A stretch of 59,231 nt of DNA, filler included. It is 4 parts of 4 records of this genome, joined end to end, with 100 filler letters (N's around TTAATTAATTAA, not from the genome) between each part and the next. Parts side by side here need not be neighbours in the genome. Positions count along the whole stretch, not along the records: positions 1 to 7,324 come from SRR2962707_5440; positions 7,425 to 35,113 come from SRR2962707_5441; 2 more parts are not named here. One strand, given 5' to 3'. Made by a program: the position numbers and the translations under genes. Positions 1 to 8,212 of this stretch are shown here, one piece after another (the first letter of the stretch is position 1; each line of letters opens with the position of its first letter). Below the pieces are notes generated by a model. The model was given only the letters and a program-made list of their open reading frames with translations. It was not told the origin of the DNA and did not search any database.

Positions 1-25
1 TCATCCCGGCGAAAGCCGGGATCCA
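1..25. repeat. Palindromic REP-like element (CGTC/GTCAT...ATCCA type), truncated at the contig start
   Basis: ATCCCGGC-GAAA-GCCGGGAT hairpin (3-22) inside a TCAT...ATCCA frame typical of alphaproteobacterial extragenic repeats. Confidence 0.7.
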
Positions 26-59
26 TGGGCTTATCCCCAACCCCCAGCTTTCTCTACTT

Positions 60-94
60 CGTCATTGCGAGTAGCAAAGCGACGAAGCAATCCA
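60..94. repeat. Second CGTC-tagged palindromic repeat
   Basis: CGTCATTGCGAG...CGAAGCAATCCA, the common gtcattgcgag-cgaagcaatcca extragenic repeat form. Confidence 0.65.
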
Positions 95-247
95 GAGCCG
101 CCTGCTCCGCGCTCAACTTTATCCCCCTCCGCCATCCGATCTATCGTCCACCCGGGGATAACCCGCGCGCGCATTTATCCTCTCCTGGCCGAACGGTCTG
201 CGCCATAGAACCCCCGCGTCGCCACCGCCGCGCGCGCGATTCCATTT

Positions 248-276
248 GTAACAGTATGATGACAGTTCGATGACAG
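248..276 (-). promoter_or_regulatory. Triple Pho-box-like array (putative PhoB site)
   Basis: Minus strand reads CTGTCAT-CGAA-CTGTCAT-CATA-CTGTTAC: 7-mer units at 11-bp period matching the Pho box consensus. Confidence 0.6.
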
Positions 277-280
277 TCGG

Positions 281-1018
281 TCAGTCGCAGGGGCCGTTTA
301 TCCCCAGTTGCACGGAATTCATCCGTGCAGAGATCGTTCCCGCGCGCCCCGTCGAACCCGGCCGCCACTCCAGCGGGTTCGGCAAAACGGAAGCCAACTG
401 CGCCGCCTGTACCGGCGAAACTTGTCCCGCACGCACCCCGTAATAGTGCCGCGACGCCGCTTCCACGCCATATATGCCGGGCCCGAACTCGATCACGTTC
501 AGATAGAGCTCCATGATCCGCCGCTTGCTGAGCAGCGTTTCAAGCCACACCGTGATGTAAGCCTCGCCGCCTTTCCGGATAAACGTCCGCCCCGGCCACA
601 GAAACAGGTTCTTGGACGTCTGCATACTGATGGTACTCGCCCCTCGGAGCCGTCCACCGCCACGATACCGCTCAAGCGCCGTGTCGACCGCTTCCCAGTC
701 GAAACCCCCGTGTTTACAGAACTTTCCGTCTTCGGCGGCGATCACCGCGCGCTGCAGATGCGGCGAAATTTCACTGAGCGGCACCCAGTCCTTCGCAAGC
801 CCGTGCCCCTCCACAAGCCGCAGCAGCATCAGCGGCGTCGCAGGCGGCGGCACCACCGCATAGACGAGGATCACTACGGCGGGCCCGAAGAAAAGCAGCA
901 GCAGCGCACGCCCTGCATAGATCGCAACGCGTCGCGCAACGCTCCGCTCGACGGGAGGCGCATCGCCTTCCGTTTCGTCGAGGCGGTCACCGCCCGGGCC
1001 TTCCGGTTTGAAATTCAT
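281..1018 (-). CDS. mtgA: Monofunctional biosynthetic peptidoglycan transglycosylase
   Basis: GT51 motifs [36 protein letters not shown]-terminal TM helix; start placed at ATG 1018. Confidence 0.93.
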   Translation of the reverse strand: MNFKPEGPGGDRLDETEGDAPPVERSVARRVAIYAGRALLLLFFGPAVVILVYAVVPPPATPLMLLRLVEGHGLAKDWVPLSEISPHLQRAVIAAEDGKFCKHGGFDWEAVDTALERYRGGGRLRGASTISMQTSKNLFLWPGRTFIRKGGEAYITVWLETLLSKRRIMELYLNVIEFGPGIYGVEAASRHYYGVRAGQVSPVQAAQLASVLPNPLEWRPGSTGRAGTISARMNSVQLGINGPCD

Positions 1019-1169
1019 GCTCACACGCGGATCATCCGCAACGCCCCGCTTCGGCACAAGTGGCTTCGCCTCGAAATCGGTCCCTAATTGCCCAAACACC
1101 GCCATTTTCCGTGAGGAACAGGCCCTCCCCACGGACGTTTTTCAATCAGTAACCACGGAGGCGAACGTG

Positions 1170-1403
1170 ATGACCAAGACAGCTATCGCAGCGGTGGCAG
1201 CCGCGTTTCTCTTTACCGCGGGCTGCACCAATATGGGCAAGACCGAACAGGGCGCCGTCTCGGGCGGTGCCATCGGTGCCGGTGTCGGCGCGGCCGCCGG
1301 CGCGATTACCGGTGGTGACCCCGGTACCGGCGCCGTGATCGGCGGCGCGGTCGGTGCCGCCGCAGGCGGCTACAAGGGCTGCCGCGCGGAAGGCAAGTGC
1401 TGA
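1170..1403 (+). CDS. Small glycine-zipper lipoprotein
   Basis: Lipobox-like FTAG-C, GAIGAGVGAAAGA and GAVIGGAVGAAAGG repeats, GGAG RBS upstream. Confidence 0.85.
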   Translation: MTKTAIAAVAAAFLFTAGCTNMGKTEQGAVSGGAIGAGVGAAAGAITGGDPGTGAVIGGAVGAAAGGYKGCRAEGKC

Positions 1404-1424
1404 CCTCGTTCCCAATCTGAAAGC

Positions 1425-1459
1425 AAAATGGCCCGGCGCTTCGGCTCCGGGCCATTTTT
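1425..1459 (+). terminator. Rho-independent terminator
   Basis: AAAATGGCCCGG...CCGGGCCATTTTT stem and T-run after the lipoprotein stop. Confidence 0.75.
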
Positions 1460-1578
1460 CTGGCCGAAATCCAGGCTTTGCTCCCATAATGCGGCACAAT
1501 ATCACACTTATTTTTTGGGTTTTAAGGGCCATATTCAAGGCAACAGAACGCAATCTCCCAACCTCGAGGAGCCGTTTC

Positions 1579-2442
1579 ATGAAGCCCGAAGTCACAGCTT
1601 TCTTCGACGAGGCGACGGCAACCGTCACCTATGTCGTAGCCGACCCGGAAACGCATCGCGCCGCGATCATTGATGCCGTCACTGACTACGATCCCGCCTC
1701 CGGCACGATTTCGCGGCAATCCGCCGACCGCGTTTCAGAGTTCGTCGCATCGCACAGCCTCACCGTCGAATGGGTGCTCGACACACATGCCCATGCAGAC
1801 CACCTCACCGCAACGAGCTACCTCCGCGACAAACTCGGCGTAAAGAGCGGCATCGGCGAACACATCGCCGACATCCAGGCCCATTGGCGCACCGTCTTCG
1901 GCATGCCCTATGTCGCCGCCGACGGAACGCCTTATGACCGCCTGTTCCGCGATGGCGACACCTTCTCCATCGGCAAGCTGGAAGCTCGCGTCATCCATAC
2001 GCCCGGCCACACCGCCGCCGACTGCACCTATGTAATCGGCAATGCGGCCTTTGTCGGCGACACGCTTTTCATGCCGGACTACGGCACGGCTCGCACGGAC
2101 TTCCCCGGCGGCGATGCGCAAACGCTTTATGCATCCATCGGCAAGATTCTCGCCCTTCCCGGCAGCACCCGCGTCTTCGTCTGCCACGACTATCTGCCCG
2201 AAACCCGCAAAGACATCCGCTGGGAATCCACGGTCGCCGAACAGCGCACATCAAACAAACATGCCCATGAAGGCGTGAGCGAAGAGGAGTTCGTGAAATT
2301 GCGCGAGGAGCGTGACGCAAAGCTCGGCTCGCCGCGGCTTCTCTTCCCCTCACTCCAGGTCAACATCCGAGGCGGCCATCTGCCGGAGCCGGAAGAGAAC
2401 GGCGCCGTCTATCTGAAAACGCCCGTCAGGGAAGCGAGCTGA
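1579..2442 (+). CDS. MBL-fold metallo-hydrolase, persulfide dioxygenase (ETHE1/Blh-like)
   Basis: THAHADH, HTPGHT, GDTLFMPDYGTARTDFPGG, VCHDY, SLQVNIRGG; adjacent to YeeE/YedE genes. Confidence 0.88.
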   Translation: MKPEVTAFFDEATATVTYVVADPETHRAAIIDAVTDYDPASGTISRQSADRVSEFVASHSLTVEWVLDTHAHADHLTATSYLRDKLGVKSGIGEHIADIQAHWRTVFGMPYVAADGTPYDRLFRDGDTFSIGKLEARVIHTPGHTAADCTYVIGNAAFVGDTLFMPDYGTARTDFPGGDAQTLYASIGKILALPGSTRVFVCHDYLPETRKDIRWESTVAEQRTSNKHAHEGVSEEEFVKLREERDAKLGSPRLLFPSLQVNIRGGHLPEPEENGAVYLKTPVREAS

Positions 2443-2450
2443 GGAACGCG

Positions 2451-2870
2451 ATGGAAAACTTCACACCTGTTTCCGGCCTCATCGGCGGCCTTCTCATCGG
2501 AGCCTCTGCGGCGATGCTTCTCGTGTTGACGGGACGCATCGCCGGCATCAGCGGCATTCTCGGTGGCGTGCTCGACCTGCGCCAAGCCAACCCGGGATGG
2601 CGCTTCGCTTTCCTCGCAGGGCTGATCGCTGCGCCCATCGTCTATGCGAGCCTCGTAACCGTCGAGATCGACGTAGGGGCGTCGCCGTTGCTGCTCGTCG
2701 CCGCAGGATTGCTCGTCGGCTTCGGCACGCGGCTTGGCAGCGGCTGCACAAGCGGCCATGGCGTTTGCGGCATTTCTCGCCTTTCCGCTCGCGGCATCGT
2801 CGCGACGGCAACGTTCATGGCCTTCGGCGTGGCGACCGTCTTCGTCGTGCGGCACATGGCGGGAGGCTGA
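2451..2870 (+). CDS. YeeE/YedE family sulfur-compound transporter subunit
   Basis: GRIAGISG and [12 protein letters not shown] motifs, about 4 TM helices. Confidence 0.9.
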   Translation: MENFTPVSGLIGGLLIGASAAMLLVLTGRIAGISGILGGVLDLRQANPGWRFAFLAGLIAAPIVYASLVTVEIDVGASPLLLVAAGLLVGFGTRLGSGCTSGHGVCGISRLSARGIVATATFMAFGVATVFVVRHMAGG

Positions 2871-2871
2871 A

Positions 2872-3291
2872 ATGAAGAGAAACACGGTATTTGCGGCGTT
2901 CGGTGCGGGCATTCTTTTCGGACTTGGCCTCACCATTTCCGGCATGGCGAACCCGGCAAAGGTGCTCGCGTTCCTCGACGTCGCAGGCAACTGGGATCCG
3001 ACACTCGCTTTTGTCATGGGCGGCGCGGTCCTCGCTGCCTTTCCCGCTTTCCAATGGGCGAAGCGCCACAAACATCCGCTCCTCGGTGACAAATGGTACA
3101 TCCCGGAACGTGCCGACATCGACAGTCGCCTCGTCGGCGGAGCGGCGCTTTTCGGCATCGGCTGGGGGCTCGCCGGTTTCTGCCCCGGCCCCGGTCTCGC
3201 GACGCTCGGCCTCGTGCCTGAACAGGCACTTACCTTTATCCTTGCGATGATCGCCGGGGCGCTCGCCTATCGCTACACGTTGGGGCGCTGA
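2872..3291 (+). CDS. YeeE/YedE family partner subunit
   Basis: [34 protein letters not shown] motifs. Confidence 0.9.
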   Translation: MKRNTVFAAFGAGILFGLGLTISGMANPAKVLAFLDVAGNWDPTLAFVMGGAVLAAFPAFQWAKRHKHPLLGDKWYIPERADIDSRLVGGAALFGIGWGLAGFCPGPGLATLGLVPEQALTFILAMIAGALAYRYTLGR

Positions 3292-3327
3292 TAACGCCTC
3301 AACGCAGGACACTGGCGCCGGGCCTTT

Positions 3328-4038
3328 TTATTTGCTGGAAAGCAGATGCTTTTCCACGAGGGCGAAGGAACCGGCGACCGGCCCCTGCTCGTCTTCCGTC
3401 CACGCATCGGCGGCAACCGACCGGTCGATGCGAACGGCCTTCATCCCCGCATGGAGCGCCGCGCCGATTTCGCCTGCGTGATCGGAGAGGAAAAGCATCT
3501 CGCCGGCCGGCAGCCCCGCCTCGCGGGCGATAGCTTCATAAGAACCTGCCTCGACCTTGGCGCCGATCCGCGTATCGAAGAACCCTTCGAAGAGCTGCGC
3601 AAGATCGCCCTTGTCGGAGTGGCCGAAGATCAACCGCTGCGCTTCCTCGGAACCGGACGAATAAACGAAGAGACGAAGCCCGCGCGCGCGCCACTCTTTC
3701 AGCGCGGCGGCTGCATCGTCATACACCTCGCCCTTCAGCACGCCGTCCTCATAACCCTGCCGCCAGATCAGCCCCTGCAGCAGCTTGAGCGGTCCAGCCT
3801 TGCGGTCCTCGTCCATCCAGGAAAGCAGGAGGCGCACGGTTGCGTCCGTATCGGCATCTGCGATGCCGCCCAGCTCACGCGCCTCGGCAAGCGCCGCCGC
3901 GACTTGGCTGTCGCTCTCGTTCGCTGTCACGAAACCGGCGAGCCGTTCGCGCGCATAGGGAAACAGGACCTCGTGCACAAAGGCGAGAGGCGTGGTCGTT
4001 CCCTCGATATCGGTAACGACGGCGCGAACGGCCGTCAT
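3328..4038 (-). CDS. mtnC: Enolase-phosphatase E1 (acireductone synthase)
   Basis: HAD motif DIEGTTT, FVHEVLFPYA, YSSGS, LFLSD; operon with mtnD and mtnB. Confidence 0.93.
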   Translation of the reverse strand: MTAVRAVVTDIEGTTTPLAFVHEVLFPYARERLAGFVTANESDSQVAAALAEARELGGIADADTDATVRLLLSWMDEDRKAGPLKLLQGLIWRQGYEDGVLKGEVYDDAAAALKEWRARGLRLFVYSSGSEEAQRLIFGHSDKGDLAQLFEGFFDTRIGAKVEAGSYEAIAREAGLPAGEMLFLSDHAGEIGAALHAGMKAVRIDRSVAADAWTEDEQGPVAGSFALVEKHLLSSK

Positions 4039-4589
4039 GCCGCCTCGCTCTCGAATTTCGGGAAACGAGTCGCGATATCGTCGCCGGTGAAATGGCCGAC
4101 CCAGCCTTCGGGCGTTGTGAAAATGCGGATCGCGCAGAAGTCGGGCGCCGGGCCCGTGTCGAACCAGTGCGTGATGCCGGCCGGCACACTGATGAGATCG
4201 TTGCGCTCACACACCACGCGGAAAACCCGGGCGTTCTTTCTGAGGTAGAACGCGCCCGCGCCGTCGACGAAGAAGCGCACCTCGTCATCGTCATGCGTGT
4301 GCTCGGCGAGGAATTTCTGGCGAAGCTCTGCGCGGTTCGGATTGTCGGGCTTCACGCGCACGACATCGGCGCTCTGATAGCCGCCTTCTTGCATGATCCG
4401 CGCGACATCGCGCTCATAGGCTGCGAGCACAGCCTCCTGATCGGCGTCCCCGGCAAGCGCGTGCGGCGCGTCCCACCGCGCGAAGGAAACGCCGATCGAC
4501 GCGAGTTCTTTCGCGATCTCGTCGCCGTCGCGCGTTTCGAGCAGAACGGTGTTCGGGTCGGTATCGGGATATACGGTGAGCCGGGTCAT
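4035..4589 (-). CDS. mtnD: Acireductone dioxygenase
   Basis: FLAEHTHDDDEVRFFVDG and VPAGITHWFD cupin motifs. Confidence 0.95.
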   Translation of the reverse strand: MTRLTVYPDTDPNTVLLETRDGDEIAKELASIGVSFARWDAPHALAGDADQEAVLAAYERDVARIMQEGGYQSADVVRVKPDNPNRAELRQKFLAEHTHDDDEVRFFVDGAGAFYLRKNARVFRVVCERNDLISVPAGITHWFDTGPAPDFCAIRIFTTPEGWVGHFTGDDIATRFPKFESEAA

Positions 4590-5212
4590 CTGGCACCCTC
4601 CTCATGCATTTGTGCGGTCAGCAGAAAATCGAACGCTTCCATATGGCGGATCGTCTCCGCCGCGGTGCGTCCCCATACATATAGGCCGTGTCCCGCGATC
4701 AGGTAACCGTGGAACGGTCCGCCCGTCGCGAGCCTCTCCTCGACAAGCGCCGCCAGCCGGTCCGTATCCTGGTCGTTCGGAACGATGGGAATATCGAGAT
4801 GCGCCTCATGCGTCTCGATACCGGGAAACGCCTTCAGCAATTCCCAGCCTTCAAGCCGCAGAGAGCCTGCCTTCTCGTGACGCCGCGACAGGACCGTTGC
4901 CGCCATGCTGTGCATATGCGCGATGGAGCCGATCTCGGGCGTCGTGGCGTACCGCATCAGATGCAGCGGCGCCTCGGCGGATGCTCTCGGATGCTTCGGC
5001 CCCGAAATCTCCGCTTCGATGACGCCCGCCTCGTCGAGCTCCGCCTTGTTCGCGCCCGTGGCCGTAACCGCCGCTTTTCTTGCATCCATTCTGACGGAAA
5101 AATTGCCGCTGGTCGCCGGCACCCAACCCCGCGCGCCCGCAAACCGCGCCATCGCGATGACGCCGCTCGCCGCCTCCGCAAAACTCACACCCTGCGACGA
5201 AATACCCTTCAT
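4586..5212 (-). CDS. mtnB: Methylthioribulose-1-phosphate dehydratase
   Basis: GWVPATSGNFS, SAEAPLH, HMHS, GHGLYVWG class II aldolase motifs. Confidence 0.92.
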   Translation of the reverse strand: MKGISSQGVSFAEAASGVIAMARFAGARGWVPATSGNFSVRMDARKAAVTATGANKAELDEAGVIEAEISGPKHPRASAEAPLHLMRYATTPEIGSIAHMHSMAATVLSRRHEKAGSLRLEGWELLKAFPGIETHEAHLDIPIVPNDQDTDRLAALVEERLATGGPFHGYLIAGHGLYVWGRTAAETIRHMEAFDFLLTAQMHEEGAR

Positions 5213-5428
5213 CCGTACGGCCTTACCATCCCTGAACCAATTCGCGCGCCACCATAATCGATTTGCCCAACGATAAAAACACAGCCTGTTTCAAGCGTTT
5301 AAAAGAACCGCCTTGGAGGATTACACTATAGGAACTAGGTATATGTATTTAAAGTTGCATAAACCTTTTTATGTGTGTCATGGTGGTTGAACACAATCCG
5401 ATTCGCCTAATCATAAGGGTCTAGTTCA

Positions 5429-6469
5429 ATGATCTCCATTACGCAGAATCTTGAGGCTCCGGCTTTCACATCCCTGCTTGATCCCGATTGTGCCACCCTT
5501 TTTCGCGACGGCGATATCGCTCCGCCCTCGACGGCCGAAACAAAGCTCGCCTGGCAGGTTGCTGCATCGCGCGGTGCCGTGAAGGACCGGCTGATGAAGG
5601 ACGAGACGGTCCGCGTTGTATTCATCGCCGCGGCGTCGGAAACAGACCCTTTGCTGAGGGATATCGCTCGAAACGCCGCGCAAATGCCCGCCCGCTCATG
5701 GCTGCACCTTGTTCTGGTGACGACCGGCCGCGTCACCCCGCTTCTCCTCACCCAATTGAGGCAGTTCACCTCCTGGTCGGTTCTCGCAGCCCCCTGCTCG
5801 AACGACGAACTGGCGGACATCATGATCGACGCCGCCGCCAAATCGGCGGACCAGCACCGGCTCGCAATGTTGTCGACGGCGATCCGCGCAGAAGCCGAGG
5901 ACCTTCTCATCCGAACGAGGAACATTGTTGGCGCGCTTCAGAACGCCGGCACGCCAGCTGCGCTGGGCAATCTCGTAAGCATCGCCGATCGTCTGAGCGG
6001 CGGAGCCATGGACCTCGAGCTTCCGCCGCAATCCACGGCGGCGGCACTACCGGCTGCTCCCGCGAGGTCTTTTGCCGAGCACGGTTTCACCCAGCCGGAC
6101 AGCTCGGACAGGAGCTGGACCCGCAACCTCATAGACCTGTGTTCGACGCGGCAGAATTACTTTCCCGATGGTCTGTTCTCGGATCCGGCCTGGGACATGT
6201 TGCTCGACCTGACCCACGCCCGGCTGTCGGGCAAGCGCGTCTCGGTCTCAAGCCTTTGCATCGCGTCCCGCGTGCCCGCGACAACGGCGCTGCGCCGCAT
6301 CGGCGATCTCGTTTCGCAAGGCCTCGCTACCCGTGTACGCGACGAAAGCGACGGCCGCCGCGTCTTCGTCGACCTGACCGAGGAGGGCTACACCCGCATG
6401 CTCGCTTATATCGAGAATGTCCGCGGAACATTCTCGGCCGAGCCCCGGACGCACCTCAGAAAGGCGTGA
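5429..6469 (+). CDS. Winged-helix DNA-binding protein with an uncharacterised (receiver-like?) N-terminal region
   Basis: C-terminal LFSDPAWDMLLDL...VSVSSLCIASRVPATTALR...DGRRVFVDLT MarR-like wHTH. Confidence 0.75.
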   Translation: MISITQNLEAPAFTSLLDPDCATLFRDGDIAPPSTAETKLAWQVAASRGAVKDRLMKDETVRVVFIAAASETDPLLRDIARNAAQMPARSWLHLVLVTTGRVTPLLLTQLRQFTSWSVLAAPCSNDELADIMIDAAAKSADQHRLAMLSTAIRAEAEDLLIRTRNIVGALQNAGTPAALGNLVSIADRLSGGAMDLELPPQSTAAALPAAPARSFAEHGFTQPDSSDRSWTRNLIDLCSTRQNYFPDGLFSDPAWDMLLDLTHARLSGKRVSVSSLCIASRVPATTALRRIGDLVSQGLATRVRDESDGRRVFVDLTEEGYTRMLAYIENVRGTFSAEPRTHLRKA

Positions 6470-6566
6470 GAGGCGCTAACCTGCAAAACTTGCATTAAGT
6501 ACCGCCACCCGGCGAAACTGGGAAACGCCCGTTTTCGGGGCGCGACCAACTGGGTTCGGGGGACCA

Positions 6567-7232
6567 ATGATAAATCGAATCATCGCGCTGATCGCCGTTA
6601 TGACGATCATGCTGCTGGGTGGCTGTGCCACGTCGCGCAGTGTCGTTACGGTGAACGGCACACCGCAAGACACCGCAGCAAATCCCGAGCGGGGGACGGC
6701 CATCAGGTTTGAAACGGAGGACGTGCGCGTGTTCGAAGCGAAGCCCGCGACGCCCGACATTCCTTCCCTGAAGAACGGGGAAATTACTAATGAGAGCATC
6801 ACCTCGCGCGCCATCGCGCGCAAACGGAACAGCTACGGAAGAGGCCTTGGCGACGTCTTGCTGCCGGAGGGGCAGACCGTCGCGAAGCTGATCGAGAACG
6901 CCGTCGCATCGAGCTTTCGCGAAGCCGGATACCGCGTTCTAACATCTTCGGATCCGGGATTCGACAAGGCGCTGCCCGTCGACACGAAAATCAACCAGTA
7001 CTGGTCCTGGATGAACCCCGGGTTCTGGGCGATCACACTTAGTTGCCGTACCGAGGTAACGATCACCGCACCGATCGCCGGTTTCGAAGACGGCCGAAAA
7101 ATAACCGCGCTCGCAGAGAACTCGATGCAGGCTGCTTTCGAAAGCGCGTGGCAGGAAATCGCGACAGAGGGACTGACGGAATTGAAACGAAGCCTGTCCC
7201 GCTCGATCCCGCGCGAAGTGGCCTCCAACTAG
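6567..7232 (+). CDS. Uncharacterised lipoprotein (YajG-like)
   Basis: Signal peptide with lipobox LGGC; conserved-looking RAIARKRNSYGRGLGDVLLP. Confidence 0.7.
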   Translation: MINRIIALIAVMTIMLLGGCATSRSVVTVNGTPQDTAANPERGTAIRFETEDVRVFEAKPATPDIPSLKNGEITNESITSRAIARKRNSYGRGLGDVLLPEGQTVAKLIENAVASSFREAGYRVLTSSDPGFDKALPVDTKINQYWSWMNPGFWAITLSCRTEVTITAPIAGFEDGRKITALAENSMQAAFESAWQEIATEGLTELKRSLSRSIPREVASN

Positions 7233-7255
7233 AGGCGCATTGGCAGTACACCAAC

Positions 7256-7291
7256 AAAAAAAGCCCGCCGGAGAAATCCGGGCGGGCTTTT
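7256..7291. terminator. Bidirectional terminator
   Basis: A7-GCCCGCCGGA-GAAA-TCCGGGCGGGC-TTTT between the convergent lipoprotein gene and tRNA. Confidence 0.8.
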
Positions 7292-7296
7292 GATTT

Positions 7297-7324
7297 TGGT
7301 TGCGGGGGCAGGATTTGAACCTGC
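7297..7324 (-). tRNA. 3' part of initiator tRNA-fMet, cut by the contig end
   Basis: Minus strand GCAGGTTCAAATCCTGCCCCCGCAACCA: T-arm, acceptor strand and CCA of tRNA-fMet; anticodon not visible. Confidence 0.85.
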
Positions 7325-7424
7325 NNNNNNNNNNNNNNNNNNNNNNNNNNNNNNNNNNNNNNNNNNNNTTAATTAATTAANNNNNNNNNNNNNNNNNNNN
7401 NNNNNNNNNNNNNNNNNNNNNNNN
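7325..7424. other. Artificial contig linker
   Basis: N-run / TTAATTAATTAA / N-run, stops in all six frames. Confidence 0.99.
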
Positions 7425-8090
7425 AAGTGTCCCGAGAGTCCGTACATATCTACAGACGGCAACCACGTGCACATCGATTTTCCGTCACAAGATGGGGAGT
7501 AGACGAGGGCAGGTGCCAGATACGAACGCCACATAGCGCCGCCCCGAAACCCCGAGTTGAAGCGGGATCAGACCGCCGCAGAATCGCCTGAAGCTAACGC
7601 AGCAGCATCCCCGTGATGTGTTGCGCATTTGCCCGCCGACTGCACATTACAGCCCGAATCTGAAGGGGCGCGCGTCCCGAAACCTCCCAAAGGGTGCATG
7701 TAGAGGTAAAATCTCTTATTCCAATCAAACGCTCTAAATTGATCGTACTTTGTCGCTGTGTGAACTGAAGTGGCACCTGAAACGGTCGCCATTCAGGAGC
7801 GTTCAACAAACCCTCGTTTTTGGCAGGTGTTCTAACCATCACGACTGGCGCTGTTCTAAACGCCGTGCCAAACCCTTAAGATTGTTTAATGTTTTCAGAT
7901 TTCGCGTGATGGCATAAATTCTCCGCGTTGCAGGGCTCCGGTCAATCGAGGCTCTCATCATCCGCTCGCCTTGGACCTTCACGTCACATTTCTGAACTCA
8001 GAAGATGGTGCTGTGATAGATGCGGGTCCTGTGACTTTGGTGCAAAAATCACGCAGGCGTTGTGGCCGGAAGTACACACACATTCTGGCC

Positions 8091-8104
8091 TTGATTTAAA
8101 TCAA
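8091..8104 (+). promoter_or_regulatory. FNR/FnrL-type box
   Basis: Perfect TTGAT-TTAA-ATCAA; TATATT at 8127-8132 fits class II (-41.5) geometry. Confidence 0.75.
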
Positions 8105-8212
8105 TGTTCAGATGACCGGAACTGGCTATATTATATTCAGATATTCATTTTCATGCTTTTTCCTGAGGGTGATAATGTCTGAATTTTTGGCACTAGTTGG
8201 AGGGATGCTAAA

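Noticed and set aside
7369-7380. TTAATTAATTAA as a regulatory palindrome
   Set aside because: Identical in all three N-gaps; an artificial six-frame stop linker.
7876-7889. Possible CtrA site TTAA-GATTGT-TTAA
   Set aside because: The spacer is 6 nt rather than the required 7.
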